Translations under genes and position numbers: made by a program
Shown here: piece by piece, positions 33,471 through 46,180 of the stretch
Layout: each line of letters opens with the position of its first letter
How positions within the stretch are numbered: the first letter of the stretch is position 1
DNA from: Haliotis cracherodii
Lineage: Eukaryota
NCBI RefSeq assembly: GCF_022045235.1
Contig: NW_027266265.1
Span: forward strand, 34,720,001-34,784,000
Reading direction: 5' to 3'
DNA: 64,000 nt
The notes under the pieces: generated by a model
The model's database searches: none
What the model saw: the letters and a program-made list of their open reading frames with translations, nothing else
What the model was told of the DNA's origin: nothing

Positions 33471-34150
33471 AAAGAAGATTCTTCTGTGTGAATCTTTATT
33501 ATTGTTGAGTGGATGTTCATGTGCACCTGCACGTTTATATGTCATATGCGTTGGAGACTTTTTACATATTATATTACCATGGATAATTCATTTATTGTGT
33601 TCGCAAAATCGAATGTTTTTACACTGTGATTTTTTGTTTCCTCATGTTGTACATTAGCCAGATTACATATCTGTCCAACACATGCAAACAAATCCAGTAT
33701 ATGCATAGCTGTCATGACAACTCTAAACTCTAAACAATTATAACGATTTTATTAGAAATGCACATGTAACATTTACAAGCGGGTTTCCGAAATGCACTTA
33801 GATGCAAATGACAAAGCAAAATACCCTTCAGATGGATATCGATCGACTGGGACTATCCGTACATAATGCATACAGCATCCGCTTCAAATTCCACTGGGAT
33901 TACTAAAAGTATTTTTCTTCATTCATTAAATCGATTCTGGACAGTTTGTTATGGTTACCATTGACCTAACACGGTTCCAAGGACCTCTCTGTTGTAACAG
34001 TGGTTGTAGAATGGATTATGCCAGTGTTTCAAGGACTATAAAGGACGAGCTTGCCTATTACGCCCAGTCGAATCTGTTACATCGGATTATCGAAACTGGT
34101 TATTCTCTAGCGTTGACACTGTATGTTGTATTGCAGTGAAGTGATTTAAT

Positions 34151-35266
34151 ATGGACCGTTACATGAGAATCGGTATGGTCAGAATATGCCTTCTCCTGTT
34201 TGTATTTATGGGTGCAAAAGCAGATTCAGAAACAAGAAACTCTTTAAGTCATTTGAGGAAGGATCTTCTTGCACAACAAGATAATGCTGTTCCTCCGTTC
34301 AAAGGAAACTCGAAATCAGTAGACGTTTCACTGTCCTTCACCCCGGTCACGATCCTAGACCTGAACTCTGTCACCCAAGTGTTGTCTGTGACTGGATATC
34401 TTAAGTTAAGCTGGCTTGACTCGAGACTCACTTGGAATGTTCACAATCATTCAGATGTCCGATTGATGGAGGTAAGAAGTGGCGACATATGGACACCCAC
34501 TATATCTGTTGGCAACAGTGTATCAGACATGAATCCAGTGGAAACAAAGATACCTATTGTTGTCATGCATTCCGGGTACGTGACATGGCAAGCTGTCGAT
34601 GTTTTCCGGACAGTGTGTAAGATAGACGTTTCACGATTTCCTTTCGACACTCAACACTGTCCCCTGCTCTTCACTCCTCCCTATGGATACACACTTAACA
34701 TTACAATTGATGATGACGATATTCCAGGAAAGAATTTCTTGGGTGAAAGCGGTGAATGGAAAACTCTAAGAGTTTCTGCGCTCCTCTCATTCATAGAAAC
34801 ATTTGAAATTGCCGAATACATGCTCACATTGGAAAGGAAATATGTTTACTATCTCATTAACTTTCTCTTCCCCATGGGCCTCATGTCCATCCTTAACCCA
34901 TTCGTGTTCCTCATCCCAGCTCGGTCTGGGGAGAAACTTGGCTTCTTGATGGCTGTCTTTGTTTCTCATACAATGTTCCTGAGTCTGATCCACGGCAACA
35001 TGCCACCCACCTCGGACAGCACATCCACGCTGTCGCTGTACCTGTTGATGAACGAGATCCAAGGATTCCTCACCATCTTTGCCTCTATCATTGTGCTTGT
35101 GGTTCATCACCAGAAAGAGGAGGCCCAGACCAACACAACATCCTCGGACACAAAACCCTTTTCTGGATCGTGCAAGTCCTGTAACTGGGAACGTTTACTT
35201 GACTGTGTATTTTTTGCCGTATTTTTGACAATAGCTGGTGGCAGCATCTTGATCCTGTTCATTTAG
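34151..35266 (+). CDS. Intronless atypical nAChR-like Cys-loop ligand-gated ion channel subunit, copy 1
   Basis: Signal peptide, IWTP, Cys-loop CKIDVSRFPFDTQHC, four TM segments, GEK cation motif; TATAAA at 34037. Confidence 0.92.
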   Translation: MDRYMRIGMVRICLLLFVFMGAKADSETRNSLSHLRKDLLAQQDNAVPPFKGNSKSVDVSLSFTPVTILDLNSVTQVLSVTGYLKLSWLDSRLTWNVHNHSDVRLMEVRSGDIWTPTISVGNSVSDMNPVETKIPIVVMHSGYVTWQAVDVFRTVCKIDVSRFPFDTQHCPLLFTPPYGYTLNITIDDDDIPGKNFLGESGEWKTLRVSALLSFIETFEIAEYMLTLERKYVYYLINFLFPMGLMSILNPFVFLIPARSGEKLGFLMAVFVSHTMFLSLIHGNMPPTSDSTSTLSLYLLMNEIQGFLTIFASIIVLVVHHQKEEAQTNTTSSDTKPFSGSCKSCNWERLLDCVFFAVFLTIAGGSILILFI

Positions 35267-36855
35267 GGGATAAAAAGAATTAGGAACGGAACACGCATCA
35301 TGATTTTTAAGATGTAACATTTAGCATGAACAATTCTACAGCTAACCTAGTTTTACTTTGAAAACACGATATGTGTATGTTTATCTCCATTCTATCATGC
35401 TAACACAAACGCTGTTTGGTGTTTGTAAAAGGTCTTAGTGAAGCAGTTTGGTTGACCCCAATGTTTGGAGTGGATTGTCCATGAATTAATTAAACACCAA
35501 TTAAATGCTTTTGTTCAAAGGATGGCGATGTATATTGGTTCTACATTTGTATTCTTTGCCAGTAAAGATGATAATCATTGACAGTGTGTGTCACAGCTAC
35601 TTCGTAAGCAAAGTGTGTATCCTTAAAAATTAAGCAAGAATTGCAATGTTGTCCTTAATATTTGCTATTTAGTAACATTCCCTATGCATGTCGCACAAGG
35701 TCTTCGAGAATCAGCTGATGAATTGGTCAGACTCACTGACTGTCGATTGTCAACATACTCCGGCAACGAACTGGTTTGTCTGGTCCAAACTTGACATTTT
35801 GTTGGAATTCGAAAGTAGCTGGAATTCTGCTGAGTGAGGTGTAATAGAACAAACGCCAGGTGTTTGTTATTGTACTGACAATATGTTACTGTCTTGTATC
35901 TTGGGAAGATCTTATGATAGCAAACAGTTTACTACCACTGTTTGTGTCATTACAACTTTGGCTATAATGGACAATTGTCATGTTTACATACTTAATGTAA
36001 ATATACTGCAGTGGGATATTCCAGCTGTTAATGCGATTGCGCGTAATGTCAAAGACTCAGGTTTGATTCCCCACATGGGCACAATGTGTGAAGCCCATTT
36101 CTTTTACCTTCCTCTGTGATATTGCTTGAATGATGGTAAGTGGATAAAATTATTCTCAAACTAAAATAACACACTTCACATTATCAAAAAGATTATCCTA
36201 TGTGAATTTTTATTATTGTTGAGGTGGTGTTCATGTGCACCTGCAAGTTTATATGTCATATGCTTTGGAGACTATTAAACATATCACATTACCATAGATA
36301 GTTCATTTATCGTGTTTCGCAGATTGAATGATTTTACATAGTGATTCTTTGTTCCCTCATGTTGTACATACGTCAGATGACATATATGTCACACATGCAA
36401 ACAAATCCAGTATATGCATAGCTTTCATGACAACTCTAAACTCACAATTATAACGATTTTATCAGAAATACACATGTAACGTTTACAAGCTGTTTTCCCA
36501 AATGTACATAGATGCAAATGACAAAGCAAAATACAGTTTAAATGGATATTGATTGACTTGGACCATCCGTACATAATGTGTACAGCAATCACTGCAGATT
36601 CCACTGGGATAACTTAAAGTATTGCTATACATTCATTTAATTGCTCCTGGACAGTCTGTTATGGTTACCATTGACCAGACATGGTTTAATTGCCCTCTCT
36701 CTCTCTCTCTTGTAACAGTGCCTGTAGCCTGTTTTGTGGCAATGTTTCACGAGGGTTATAAAGGACGAGATGTGCGCACAGTCGAATCTGTTATGCCAGA
36801 TTATTGAAACTGGTTATTCTCTAGCGTTGACACTGTATGTTGTATTGTATTTAAT

Positions 36856-37971
36856 ATGGACCATTTCGTGAGAATCGGTATGGTCAGAATATGCCTTTTC
36901 CTGTTTGTATTTATGGGTGCAAAAGCAGATTCAGAAACAAGAGACTCTTTAAGTCATTTGAGGAAGTATCTTCTTGCACAACAAGATAATGCTGTTCCTC
37001 CGTTCAAAGGAAACTCGAAATCAGTAGACGTTTCACTGTCCTTCACCCCGGTCACGATCCTAGACCTGAACTCTGTCACCCAAGAGTTGACTGTGGCTGG
37101 ATATCTCAGGGTAAGATGGCTTGACTCGAGACTCACTTGGAATGTTCACAATCATTCAGATGTCCGATTGATGGAGGTAAGAAGTGGCGACATATGGACA
37201 CCCACTATATCTGTTGGCAACAGTGTATCAGACATGAATCCAATGGAAACAAAGATACCTATTGTTGTCATGCATTCCGGGTACGTGACATGGCAAGCTG
37301 TCGATGTTTTCCGGACAGTGTGTAAGATAGACGTTTCACGATTTCCTTTCGACACTCAACACTGTCCCCTGCTCTTCACTCCTCCCTATGGATACACACT
37401 TAACATTACAATTGATGACACCGATATTCCAGGAAAGAATGTCTTGGGTGAAAACGGTGAATGGAAAACTCGAAGAGTTTCTGCGCTCCTATCATTAATA
37501 GAAACATTTGAAATTGCCGAATACATGCTCACATTGGAAAGGAAATATGTTTACTATTTCATTAACTTTCTCTTCCCCATGGGCCTCATGTCCATCCTTA
37601 ACCCATTCGTGTTCCTCATCCCAGCTCGGTCTGGGGAGAAACTTGGCTTCTTGATGGCTGTCTTTGTTTCTCATACAATGTTCCTGAGTCTGATCCACGG
37701 CAACATGCCACCCACCTCGGACAGCACATCCACGCTGTCTCTGTACCTGTTGATGAACGAGATCCAAGTATTCCTCACCATCTTTGCCTCTATCATTGTG
37801 CTTGTGGTTCATCACCAGAAAGAGGAGGCCAGAACCAACACAACATCCTCGGACACAAAACCCTTTTCTGGATCGTGCAAGTACTGTAACTGGAAACGTT
37901 TACTTGACTGTGTATTTTTTGCCGTATTTTTGACAATAGCTGGTGGCAGCATCTTGATCCTGTTCATTTAG
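36856..37971 (+). CDS. Intronless atypical nAChR-like Cys-loop subunit, copy 2
   Basis: Near-identical paralog 2705 bp downstream; TATAAA at 36757. Confidence 0.92.
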   Translation: MDHFVRIGMVRICLFLFVFMGAKADSETRDSLSHLRKYLLAQQDNAVPPFKGNSKSVDVSLSFTPVTILDLNSVTQELTVAGYLRVRWLDSRLTWNVHNHSDVRLMEVRSGDIWTPTISVGNSVSDMNPMETKIPIVVMHSGYVTWQAVDVFRTVCKIDVSRFPFDTQHCPLLFTPPYGYTLNITIDDTDIPGKNVLGENGEWKTRRVSALLSLIETFEIAEYMLTLERKYVYYFINFLFPMGLMSILNPFVFLIPARSGEKLGFLMAVFVSHTMFLSLIHGNMPPTSDSTSTLSLYLLMNEIQVFLTIFASIIVLVVHHQKEEARTNTTSSDTKPFSGSCKYCNWKRLLDCVFFAVFLTIAGGSILILFI

Positions 37972-39589
37972 GGGATAAAAAGAATTAGGAACGGAACGCG
38001 CATCATGATTTTTAAGATGTAACATTTAGCATGAACAATTCTACAGCTAACCTAGTTTTGCCTTGAAAACACGATATGTGTATGTTTATCTCCATTCTAT
38101 CATGCTAACACAAACGCTGTTCGGTGTTTGTAAAAGGTCTTAGTGAAGCAGTTTGGTTGACCCCAATGTTTGGAGTGGATTGTCCATGAATTAATTAAAC
38201 ACCAATTAAATGCTTTTGTACAAAGGATGGCGATGTATATTGGTTCTACATTTGTATTCTTTGCCAGTAAAGATGATAATCATTGACAGTGTGTGTCACA
38301 GCTACTTCGTAAGCAAAGTGTGTATCCTTAAAAATTAAGCAAGAATTGCAATGTTGTCCTTAATATTTGCTATTTAGTAATATTCCCTATGCATGTCGCA
38401 CAAGGTCTTCGAGAATCAGCTGATGAATTGGTCAGACTCACTGACTGTCGATTGTCAACATACTCCGGCAACGAACTGGTTTGTCTGGTCCAAACCTGAT
38501 ATTTTGTTGGAATTCGAATGTAGCTGGAATTCTGCTGAGTGAGGTGTAATAGAACAAACGCCAGGTGTTTGTTATTGTACTGACAATATGTTACTGTCTT
38601 GTATCTTGGGAAGATCTTATGATAGCAAACAGTTTACTACCACTGTTTGTGTCATTACAACTTTGGCTATAATGGACAATTGTCATGTTTACATACTTAA
38701 TGTAAATATACTGCAGTGGGATATTCCAGCTGTTAATGCGATTGCGCGTAATGTCAAAGACTCAGGTTTGATTCCCCACATGGGCACAATGTGTGAAGCC
38801 CATTTCTTTTACCTTCCTCTGTGATATTGCTTGAATGATGGTAAGTGGATAAAATTATTCTCAAACTAAAATAACACACTTCACATTATCAAAAAGATTA
38901 TCCTATGTGAATTTTTATTATTGTTGAGGTGGTGTTCATGTGCACCTGCAAGTTTATATGTCATATGCTTTGGAGACAATTAAACATATCACATTACCAT
39001 AGATAGTTCATTTATCGTGTTTCGCAGATTGAATGATTTTACATAGTGATTCTTTGTTCCCTCATGTTGTACATACGTCAGATGACATATATGTCACACA
39101 TGCAAACAAATCCAGTATATGCATAGCTTTCATGACAACTCTAAACTCACAATTATAACGATTTTATCAGAAATACACATGTAACGTTTACAAGCTGTTT
39201 TCCCAAATGTACATAGATGCAAATGACAAAGCAAAATACAGTTTAAATGGATATTGATTGACTTGGACCATCCGTACATAATGTGTACAGCAATCACTGC
39301 AGATTCCACTGGGATAACTTTAAGTATTGCTATACATTCATTTAATTGCTCCTGGACAGTCTGTTATGGTTACCGTTGATCAGACACAGTTTAATTGCTC
39401 CCTCTCTTTTGTAACAGTGCCTGTAGCCTGTTTTGTGGCAATGTTTCACAAGGGTTATAAAGGACGAGATGTGCGCACAGTTTAATCTGTTATGCAGGAG
39501 TAGTGAAACTGTGGTTATTCTCTAGAGTTGACACTGTATGTTGTATTGCAGTTAAGTGATGTAATAGGGACCCTTACGTGAGAATCGGT

Positions 39590-40681
39590 ATGGTCAGAAT
39601 ATGCCTTCTCCTGTTTGTATTTATGGGTGCAAAAGCAGATTCAGAAACAAGAGACTCTTTAAGTCATTTGAGGAAGTATCTTCTTGCACAACAAGATAAT
39701 GCTGTTCCTCCGTTCAAAGGAAACTCGAAATCAGTAGACGTTTCACTGTCCTTCACCCCGGTCACAATCCTAGACCTGAACTCTGTCACCCAAGAGTTGA
39801 CTGTGGCTGGATATCTCAGGGTAAGATGGCGTGACTCGAGACTCACTTGGAATGTTCACAATCATTCAGATGTCCGATTGATGGAGGTAAGAAGTGGCGA
39901 CATATGGACACCCACTATATCTGTTGGCAACAGTGTATCAGACATGAATCCAGTGGAAACAAAGATACCTATTGTTGTCATGCATTCCGGGTACGTGACA
40001 TGGCAAGCTGTCGATGTTTTCCGGACAGTGTGTAAGATAGACGTTTCACGATTTCCTTTCGACACTCAACACTGTCCCCTGCTCTTCACTCCTCCCTATG
40101 GATACACACTTAACATTACAATTGATGACACCGATATTCCAGGAAAGAATTTCTTGGGTGAAAATGGTGAATGGAAAACTCGAAGAGTTTCTGCGTACCT
40201 CTCATTAATAGAAACATTTGAAATTGCCGAATTCATGTTCACATTGGAAAGGAAATATGTTTACTATCTCATTAACTTTCTCTTCCCCATGGGCCTCATG
40301 TCCATCCTTAACCCATTCGTGTTCCTCATCCCAGCTCGGTCTGGGGAGAAACTTGGCTTCTTGATGGCTGTCTTTGTTTCTCATACAATGTTCCTGAGTC
40401 TGATCCACGGCAACATGCCACCCACCTCGGACAGCACATCCAGGCTCTCTCTGTACCTGTTGATGAACGAGATCCAAGGATTCCTCACCATCTTTGCCTC
40501 TATCATTGTGCTCGTGGTTCATCACCAGAAAGAGGAGGCCCAGACCAACACAACATCCTCGGACACAAAACCCTTTTCTGGATCGTGCAAGTCCTGTTAC
40601 TGGGAACGTTTACTTGACTGTGTATTTTTTGCCGTATCTCTGACAATAGCTGGTGGCAGCATCTTGATCCTGTTCATTTAG
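39590..40681 (+). CDS. Intronless atypical nAChR-like Cys-loop subunit, copy 3
   Basis: Upstream ATGs changed (AGG, GTG); ATG of signal peptide MVRICLLLF retained at 39590; TATAAA at 39456. Confidence 0.9.
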   Translation: MVRICLLLFVFMGAKADSETRDSLSHLRKYLLAQQDNAVPPFKGNSKSVDVSLSFTPVTILDLNSVTQELTVAGYLRVRWRDSRLTWNVHNHSDVRLMEVRSGDIWTPTISVGNSVSDMNPVETKIPIVVMHSGYVTWQAVDVFRTVCKIDVSRFPFDTQHCPLLFTPPYGYTLNITIDDTDIPGKNFLGENGEWKTRRVSAYLSLIETFEIAEFMFTLERKYVYYLINFLFPMGLMSILNPFVFLIPARSGEKLGFLMAVFVSHTMFLSLIHGNMPPTSDSTSRLSLYLLMNEIQGFLTIFASIIVLVVHHQKEEAQTNTTSSDTKPFSGSCKSCYWERLLDCVFFAVSLTIAGGSILILFI

Positions 40682-40912
40682 AGGATGAAAAGAATGAGGA
40701 ACGGAACGCGCATCATGAGTTTTAAGATGTAAACTTACTGCTATCAAATCTACAGGTAACCTAGTTTTTACATTAACGACACGGTTAATGTAAATGTTTA
40801 TCTCAGTTCTATCCTAAAAACACGAAACACGATCTGAATTAACTAAGCACCGATTATATGCCCGTAAACAAAGGATAGTGATGTATATGCTTACATGTTG
40901 TTTTTACATATG

Positions 40913-41088
40913 CAGTAAACTACGGTTATAACGAACACGCTTATAACGAACTGACGGATATAACGAACTAACTTTTTTGGTCCCGATTATTTGCTGTAGT
41001 TATGCTGTATATATGCTTATAACGAACTACGGTTATAACGAACTAAAATTAGTAGTCCCTTTGAGTTCGTTATAACCGTAGTTTACTG
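40913..41088. mobile_element. Tc1/mariner-type MITE
   Basis: 24-bp TIR cagtaaactacggttataacgaac, internal ttataacgaac repeats, TA on the right flank. Confidence 0.75.
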
Positions 41089-42243
41089 TAGATTCTTTGC
41101 CCGCGTAGATGCTAATCATTGACATTGTGTATCCCAGCTACTTCGTAAGTCAAATGTGTATCATTAAAAATTATTCAAGCCTTGCAATTTTGTCTCTATT
41201 ATTTGAAATACCTTCTCTCAGTGGATTTCTATCATGTCTTCTGCCAAAATGCATTGCCATACATTCTTTGAATATTGTAGCAACCGCAACTCTGCATTTT
41301 GTAGATTTCATTATTCCAAAATATGTACCGACAATGACTGAGTGAAAAGGCGTACTTTTTTCATAATACACTACACTTATTTTGATAATGAGATATGTCA
41401 CGTTAAATAAAGCTACACTTAATATATTAGAATCAGTTATGTTATTAATTATCGAAAGATAAAACAATATCCCTATCAAAAGAGGAGTAGCATATTAACA
41501 TTCGTGGAGAAGCGGCCGTCAAATCAGAGATGGCTTTAGTGATTTGAAACCGGAGTATTTTCCAAATTCATGGTGAAAAATAGTTCCTGGAATAAGCTTA
41601 TTCAAGTAACTTACTTCTGTATGACTCCTTCGACGACTGTATCGTCATGATCCATATACATTGAATTTAATCATTTTCATTTCATATTTCATGAATGTAC
41701 ATGACTCGTTTGAATTTCTTTGCAATTAAATTGCTGGGCAAAATAAAGTACGTTTGATGGTGTCTTACAATGAAACAAACAAACTGGTTATGGTGATGAA
41801 TTTGATACTGGCTTAATAGTTGTGTATTGGATCTTCAGTTTGCAGTGTTTCGGCGATTGTTTTCAGCCTAATAACGTTTTGAAAATGTTTGTGACCTTGA
41901 GCCAAATCCAACTTTCAAGTGTATAAAATTACCTTGTGCCTTAGATGTGCGTACATCATACGTGAAATACACCCTCACCATGTGTTTTATGTTTCTAAAT
42001 GATATTCAGCATGCGTATATGCATGTATGAATATGAAATCAAATTCATATTCATATTCATACATACATACATACGCATGTGCATATGCATATATACACAC
42101 AAATGCAATATACATATAGATATTACATATAATATAATATACAGTTAAGGATTGACTGTGTATTTGTTTAGGTTCATTGAGGTATGAATCGAAAAACCGA
42201 TGTGCAAACTGTATGAAATGAAGAAAATACACAGTCAATGCTT

Positions 42244-43004
42244 ATAATTAAATTCTACAACGTAAAACATGTTTAATCTACGAAAGTTTAACCAAAAACT
42301 GAAAAAAATTACGAGATTGATAAACATTCCAGGTGTAGGAATACACACCGTGGCGTAACATGAATCAGGTGATCGTTAAATTTATGCACATAACTTGACA
42401 CGCCTACAAAGTCAGTAGCCAATCAACGGAGAGTAGGATCAAATAATGTTCACAGGACCTGTCAATTAAGGCAAGAGGCGAGAACCGGAAGAAATCGGAA
42501 GAAATATGTCCTTGAGAAGGCGGCTGTTTCAAATGACATGGTCAGTTACCGCCAGATTCAAACATTAGTTCCCTGAAAAATGCTAGTAAGAAATGAAACC
42601 CGAAGACATGAAAGTTCTTAAATCGAGGCGAGCGGGAAAAAACAGGCGAGTGAGCCTGCACGTTTGCTGTTTCATTCTTTCTTGGCCTTCGGTTTCAAAG
42701 GGTAGTTTGGACAATGAATATGCATGAATGTCGCTGAATGCCCTGTGCATGACGATACACGTGAGCAGAAAGGGAATTCTCTCAACTGCAATATCATATT
42801 ACAGTCGAGGGAATTCTCTTTCTGCTCACGCGTATCGTCATGCAATTATATTGGGAGTCCCAGACATTCCTGAGTAATAAAAGTAGTGCGCCTCGGTGGG
42901 CGTGTCTTAATTGTTTACATTCGTTGGGAAATGAATGCAATACCACGTGACCAATTCAGCTAATCAGAATGCAGGAATTTAATTGAACAGCGAAAATTTA
43001 ATTA
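42244..43004. mobile_element. Putative non-autonomous DNA element with a long internal palindrome
   Basis: Short inverted ends ataattaaatt/aatttaattat within (CATA/TA)-rich flanks; 49-bp-arm hairpin at 42746-42844. Confidence 0.5.
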
Positions 43005-43964
43005 TATATACATAATTGAACCCATATACATATTCATTTACATATATAATTTCATATACACATTCATATTCATACACATACACTGAACATTGTACTAAAA
43101 GCTCTTTATACATATTCCTGCCAGTGTGCCACGGGTAATTAAAAAATAATTATATAACAGGAAACAGTATTTTTGTCACAGTAAACAGATATCAAGCATA
43201 TTTATTACTTTTGTTTGTATCGGTAAAGCTGACACTCACTCACTCACTCACTCACTCACTCACTCACCCACTCACTCACTCTCCCACTCACTCACCATAT
43301 TGCGTTACAGCTGTGGTTACATCACCTTCTTATGGTGAGAAATAGCTTCTTCTTGGAATGTATCATCATCTTTAAAGTAGTGTTGTGATAAAATGTCACT
43401 AGCGCCCAGCATACCTGCACAAAATACTTTCATCCATTCATGCATACCGGAAACAAATAACATGGGTCGATAACTGCTGACTCAGCACGTCTATAATAAA
43501 GTAAAGATGCTCAGCAAAGAGACAGAAATATCTCACCTGTAGTGACCAGAGGGAAGGCAAAACACACATGACTGAAAAAATGTTTTTGACATGGAGAAGG
43601 ACGTCATCCCGAAGCATTAATGTACACGTTATGGGTCTGGGAAATCATGGTTTGGATGGAAACCTAATTATAAAAATGTTACTCCAACATACTGCATGGT
43701 TAAATATACCTATTGCTTTTTACCGGGGCATGATTTTTTGTGTGAATACTCAAACTGGTTATTCTAGTCATACCTGATAATGTGTACGTGATGTATTCTC
43801 CCATACTCCCCACAGTGACATCCACAATATGAACATTTAAATAAGTAATGACGCTTTGATTGGTAGGTAATCCCGTGAGTATGTAAGGAAAGAAGCCCTC
43901 TGAACCCATTGTCGTAATGCCGTTGGTGTATCATTGCACTCTCCTCCCCATGTTTATCTGGTCC

Positions 43965-44282
43965 ATAATCGATACTTACTTTGATCATAATCGATACTTA
44001 ATTAGGTCATAATCGATACTTACTTAGGTCATAATCAATACTTACTTAGATCATAATCGATACTTACTTTGATCATAATCGATACTTAATTAGGTCGTAA
44101 TCGATACTTACTTAGATCATAATCGATACTTACTTTGATCATAATCGATACTTAATTAGGTCGTAATCGATACTTACTTAGGTCATAATCAATACTTACT
44201 TTGATCATAATCGATACTTAATTAGGTCATAATCGATACTTACTTAGGTCATAATCAATACTTACTTAGATCATAATCGATG
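43965..44282. repeat. 20/21-bp minisatellite, ~15 copies
   Basis: Unit cataatcgatacttacttagg and variants. Confidence 0.9.
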
Positions 44283-46180
44283 ACATCCATACGTGTAATG
44301 CTGCTGTCAGGGTAACGCTCAACCACCGTCAGCAGATCACTGAAGTGGTTATTGATTAACACCCAGCATATCAATTTCCACAAAATTTCATTCACAAGTC
44401 AATTCTGGTTTGAAAAACAATTTGCTAATATCGGAAACAGTCTGTCCGATAAAAGAGAAATGTGAGGGAACATATCCATATATGCTTATTGCAAAAAGGG
44501 TCATGTGGTCAAATGACAAAATAAAATAATACATTATTGTGGGTTTACTAAATCCGCTTTAACCTACGATAAAGTTTCCAAGGAAAAGGTTATATCATTT
44601 GACTCAAGTTGTTTACTAAATGTGTTTTTGCACCACAAGGACACAGTGTGTTGACAACATTTGTCTTCCTACAAAATATGTAAATGTGTGCTCACCAAAC
44701 CACACGAATTCTGTCAATTGGGTTATAACAACATTGGTATTAGGAGTGACAGTGACTTGTGAAGTATCATATCAGTGACATAGTTCTTCGACAAAGCACC
44801 TCAAAGTAATGTAATTTTTTTCCTCTTAAATACTAGAATATTTGAATTGTTTACCGATTCATGTTACTTAACTATTAAGTTTTCAATACAATCAGTATTT
44901 GTTTCGTCTAGCGCGCATTTACACAGTATATTTCGTTCCTTCATGTTGAGAAAAGTAGAATACAAAATATCAGATTTTTATGGTAGTAATTATGTTAATT
45001 GCTTAATGCCTTTCAAAGACCCAGTAATTATGTTATTTTTAATTGTACATCTGGATAGGCTCCCAAAGGATGTGTTTACATTTTCACCTTTTCGCGAACA
45101 CCATCAAAATTTGACAGTGATCATATACACGTGCTTATTAAATAATCGGAATCGTACAATCGTTTTTGCTTTTAGCACATATTTCTTGTCTGCGGTGTCA
45201 GGCAACAAACAAACACTTACTTTTTTTATGCAAATTGTGCGAGTGAGGGGTGTTACCGGTAGGGCAGGATATGTTTGCTCTTTTCGCGAACACCTCGTAT
45301 CATCACTGATTTTCAGTGATACATTCAAATAATTTTTAGAGCTATTTTGCCTTTTACGCCCAAAGGTAGATAATCGAGAGTGAGAATTCTCTGGCGTTAA
45401 TGTTTTATATATATTGTATTATTAACAAAAGGTATTTGCCGCTTTTATGTATAATTGCACCGTTTGGAAAAATAGGTAAATTAGTTGGGAAATCGGCTAA
45501 TCTAGAAAACATTCTTCATGTTTGTCAGAATCACAAATCTGAAACTCATAGCAAACTGAGGTTGTTTGTTGCTGTCAAAAAGTTGTGAGTATATAAGCAA
45601 AAACCCAATTCCTTGGTGTAACTTGGCAATGAAGATCCATTTAAAGTTGCATTGTCATGTTATCTTGTGTTGAGCGTCAAGAGATGGGCGTGGTGAATTG
45701 TTTTGCACCCAAAACACATGAGGTTTTGTTCTCGGGGGGAAAAGACCATTGTCCGAGGACAAACAGGAATTTCATATTTTGAATCGCTTCCTGTTTGGCC
45801 CAGATATAGTTTAGGTTTTACGAACGAATTTGACTAGCTTATCACCCAGAATTATCATAATCCCGTTTTGAATGGGTTCCTATGTTAAGAGGTACACATC
45901 CCCTTGCCAGTCAATGTCAGAAGCGCGGGGCGTGCTGGAAGAAGCAAGAACACAAATATTTGACAAATTGAAGATGGAGGACTTGTTATTTGTTGAGGCT
46001 ATTGTGTTGGCAGGCAAAGTGATCCTCCCTAACTTGGCTCGCGGGGCATGTTTGTTGTCTCAACGTTTCATATTGACTCAAAAAGACTGACATGGGCGGC
46101 GTGAGGAAGGTCGTATTGCACGCAGGTATAAAAGACAAGCACGGACTCAGAACACCACTCTGCAGAACACCTCTATCAAA

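Noticed and set aside
35883-38824. Identical 78-aa ORFs in the array spacers
   Set aside because: Overlap decayed SINE fragments; identity only reflects the recent duplication
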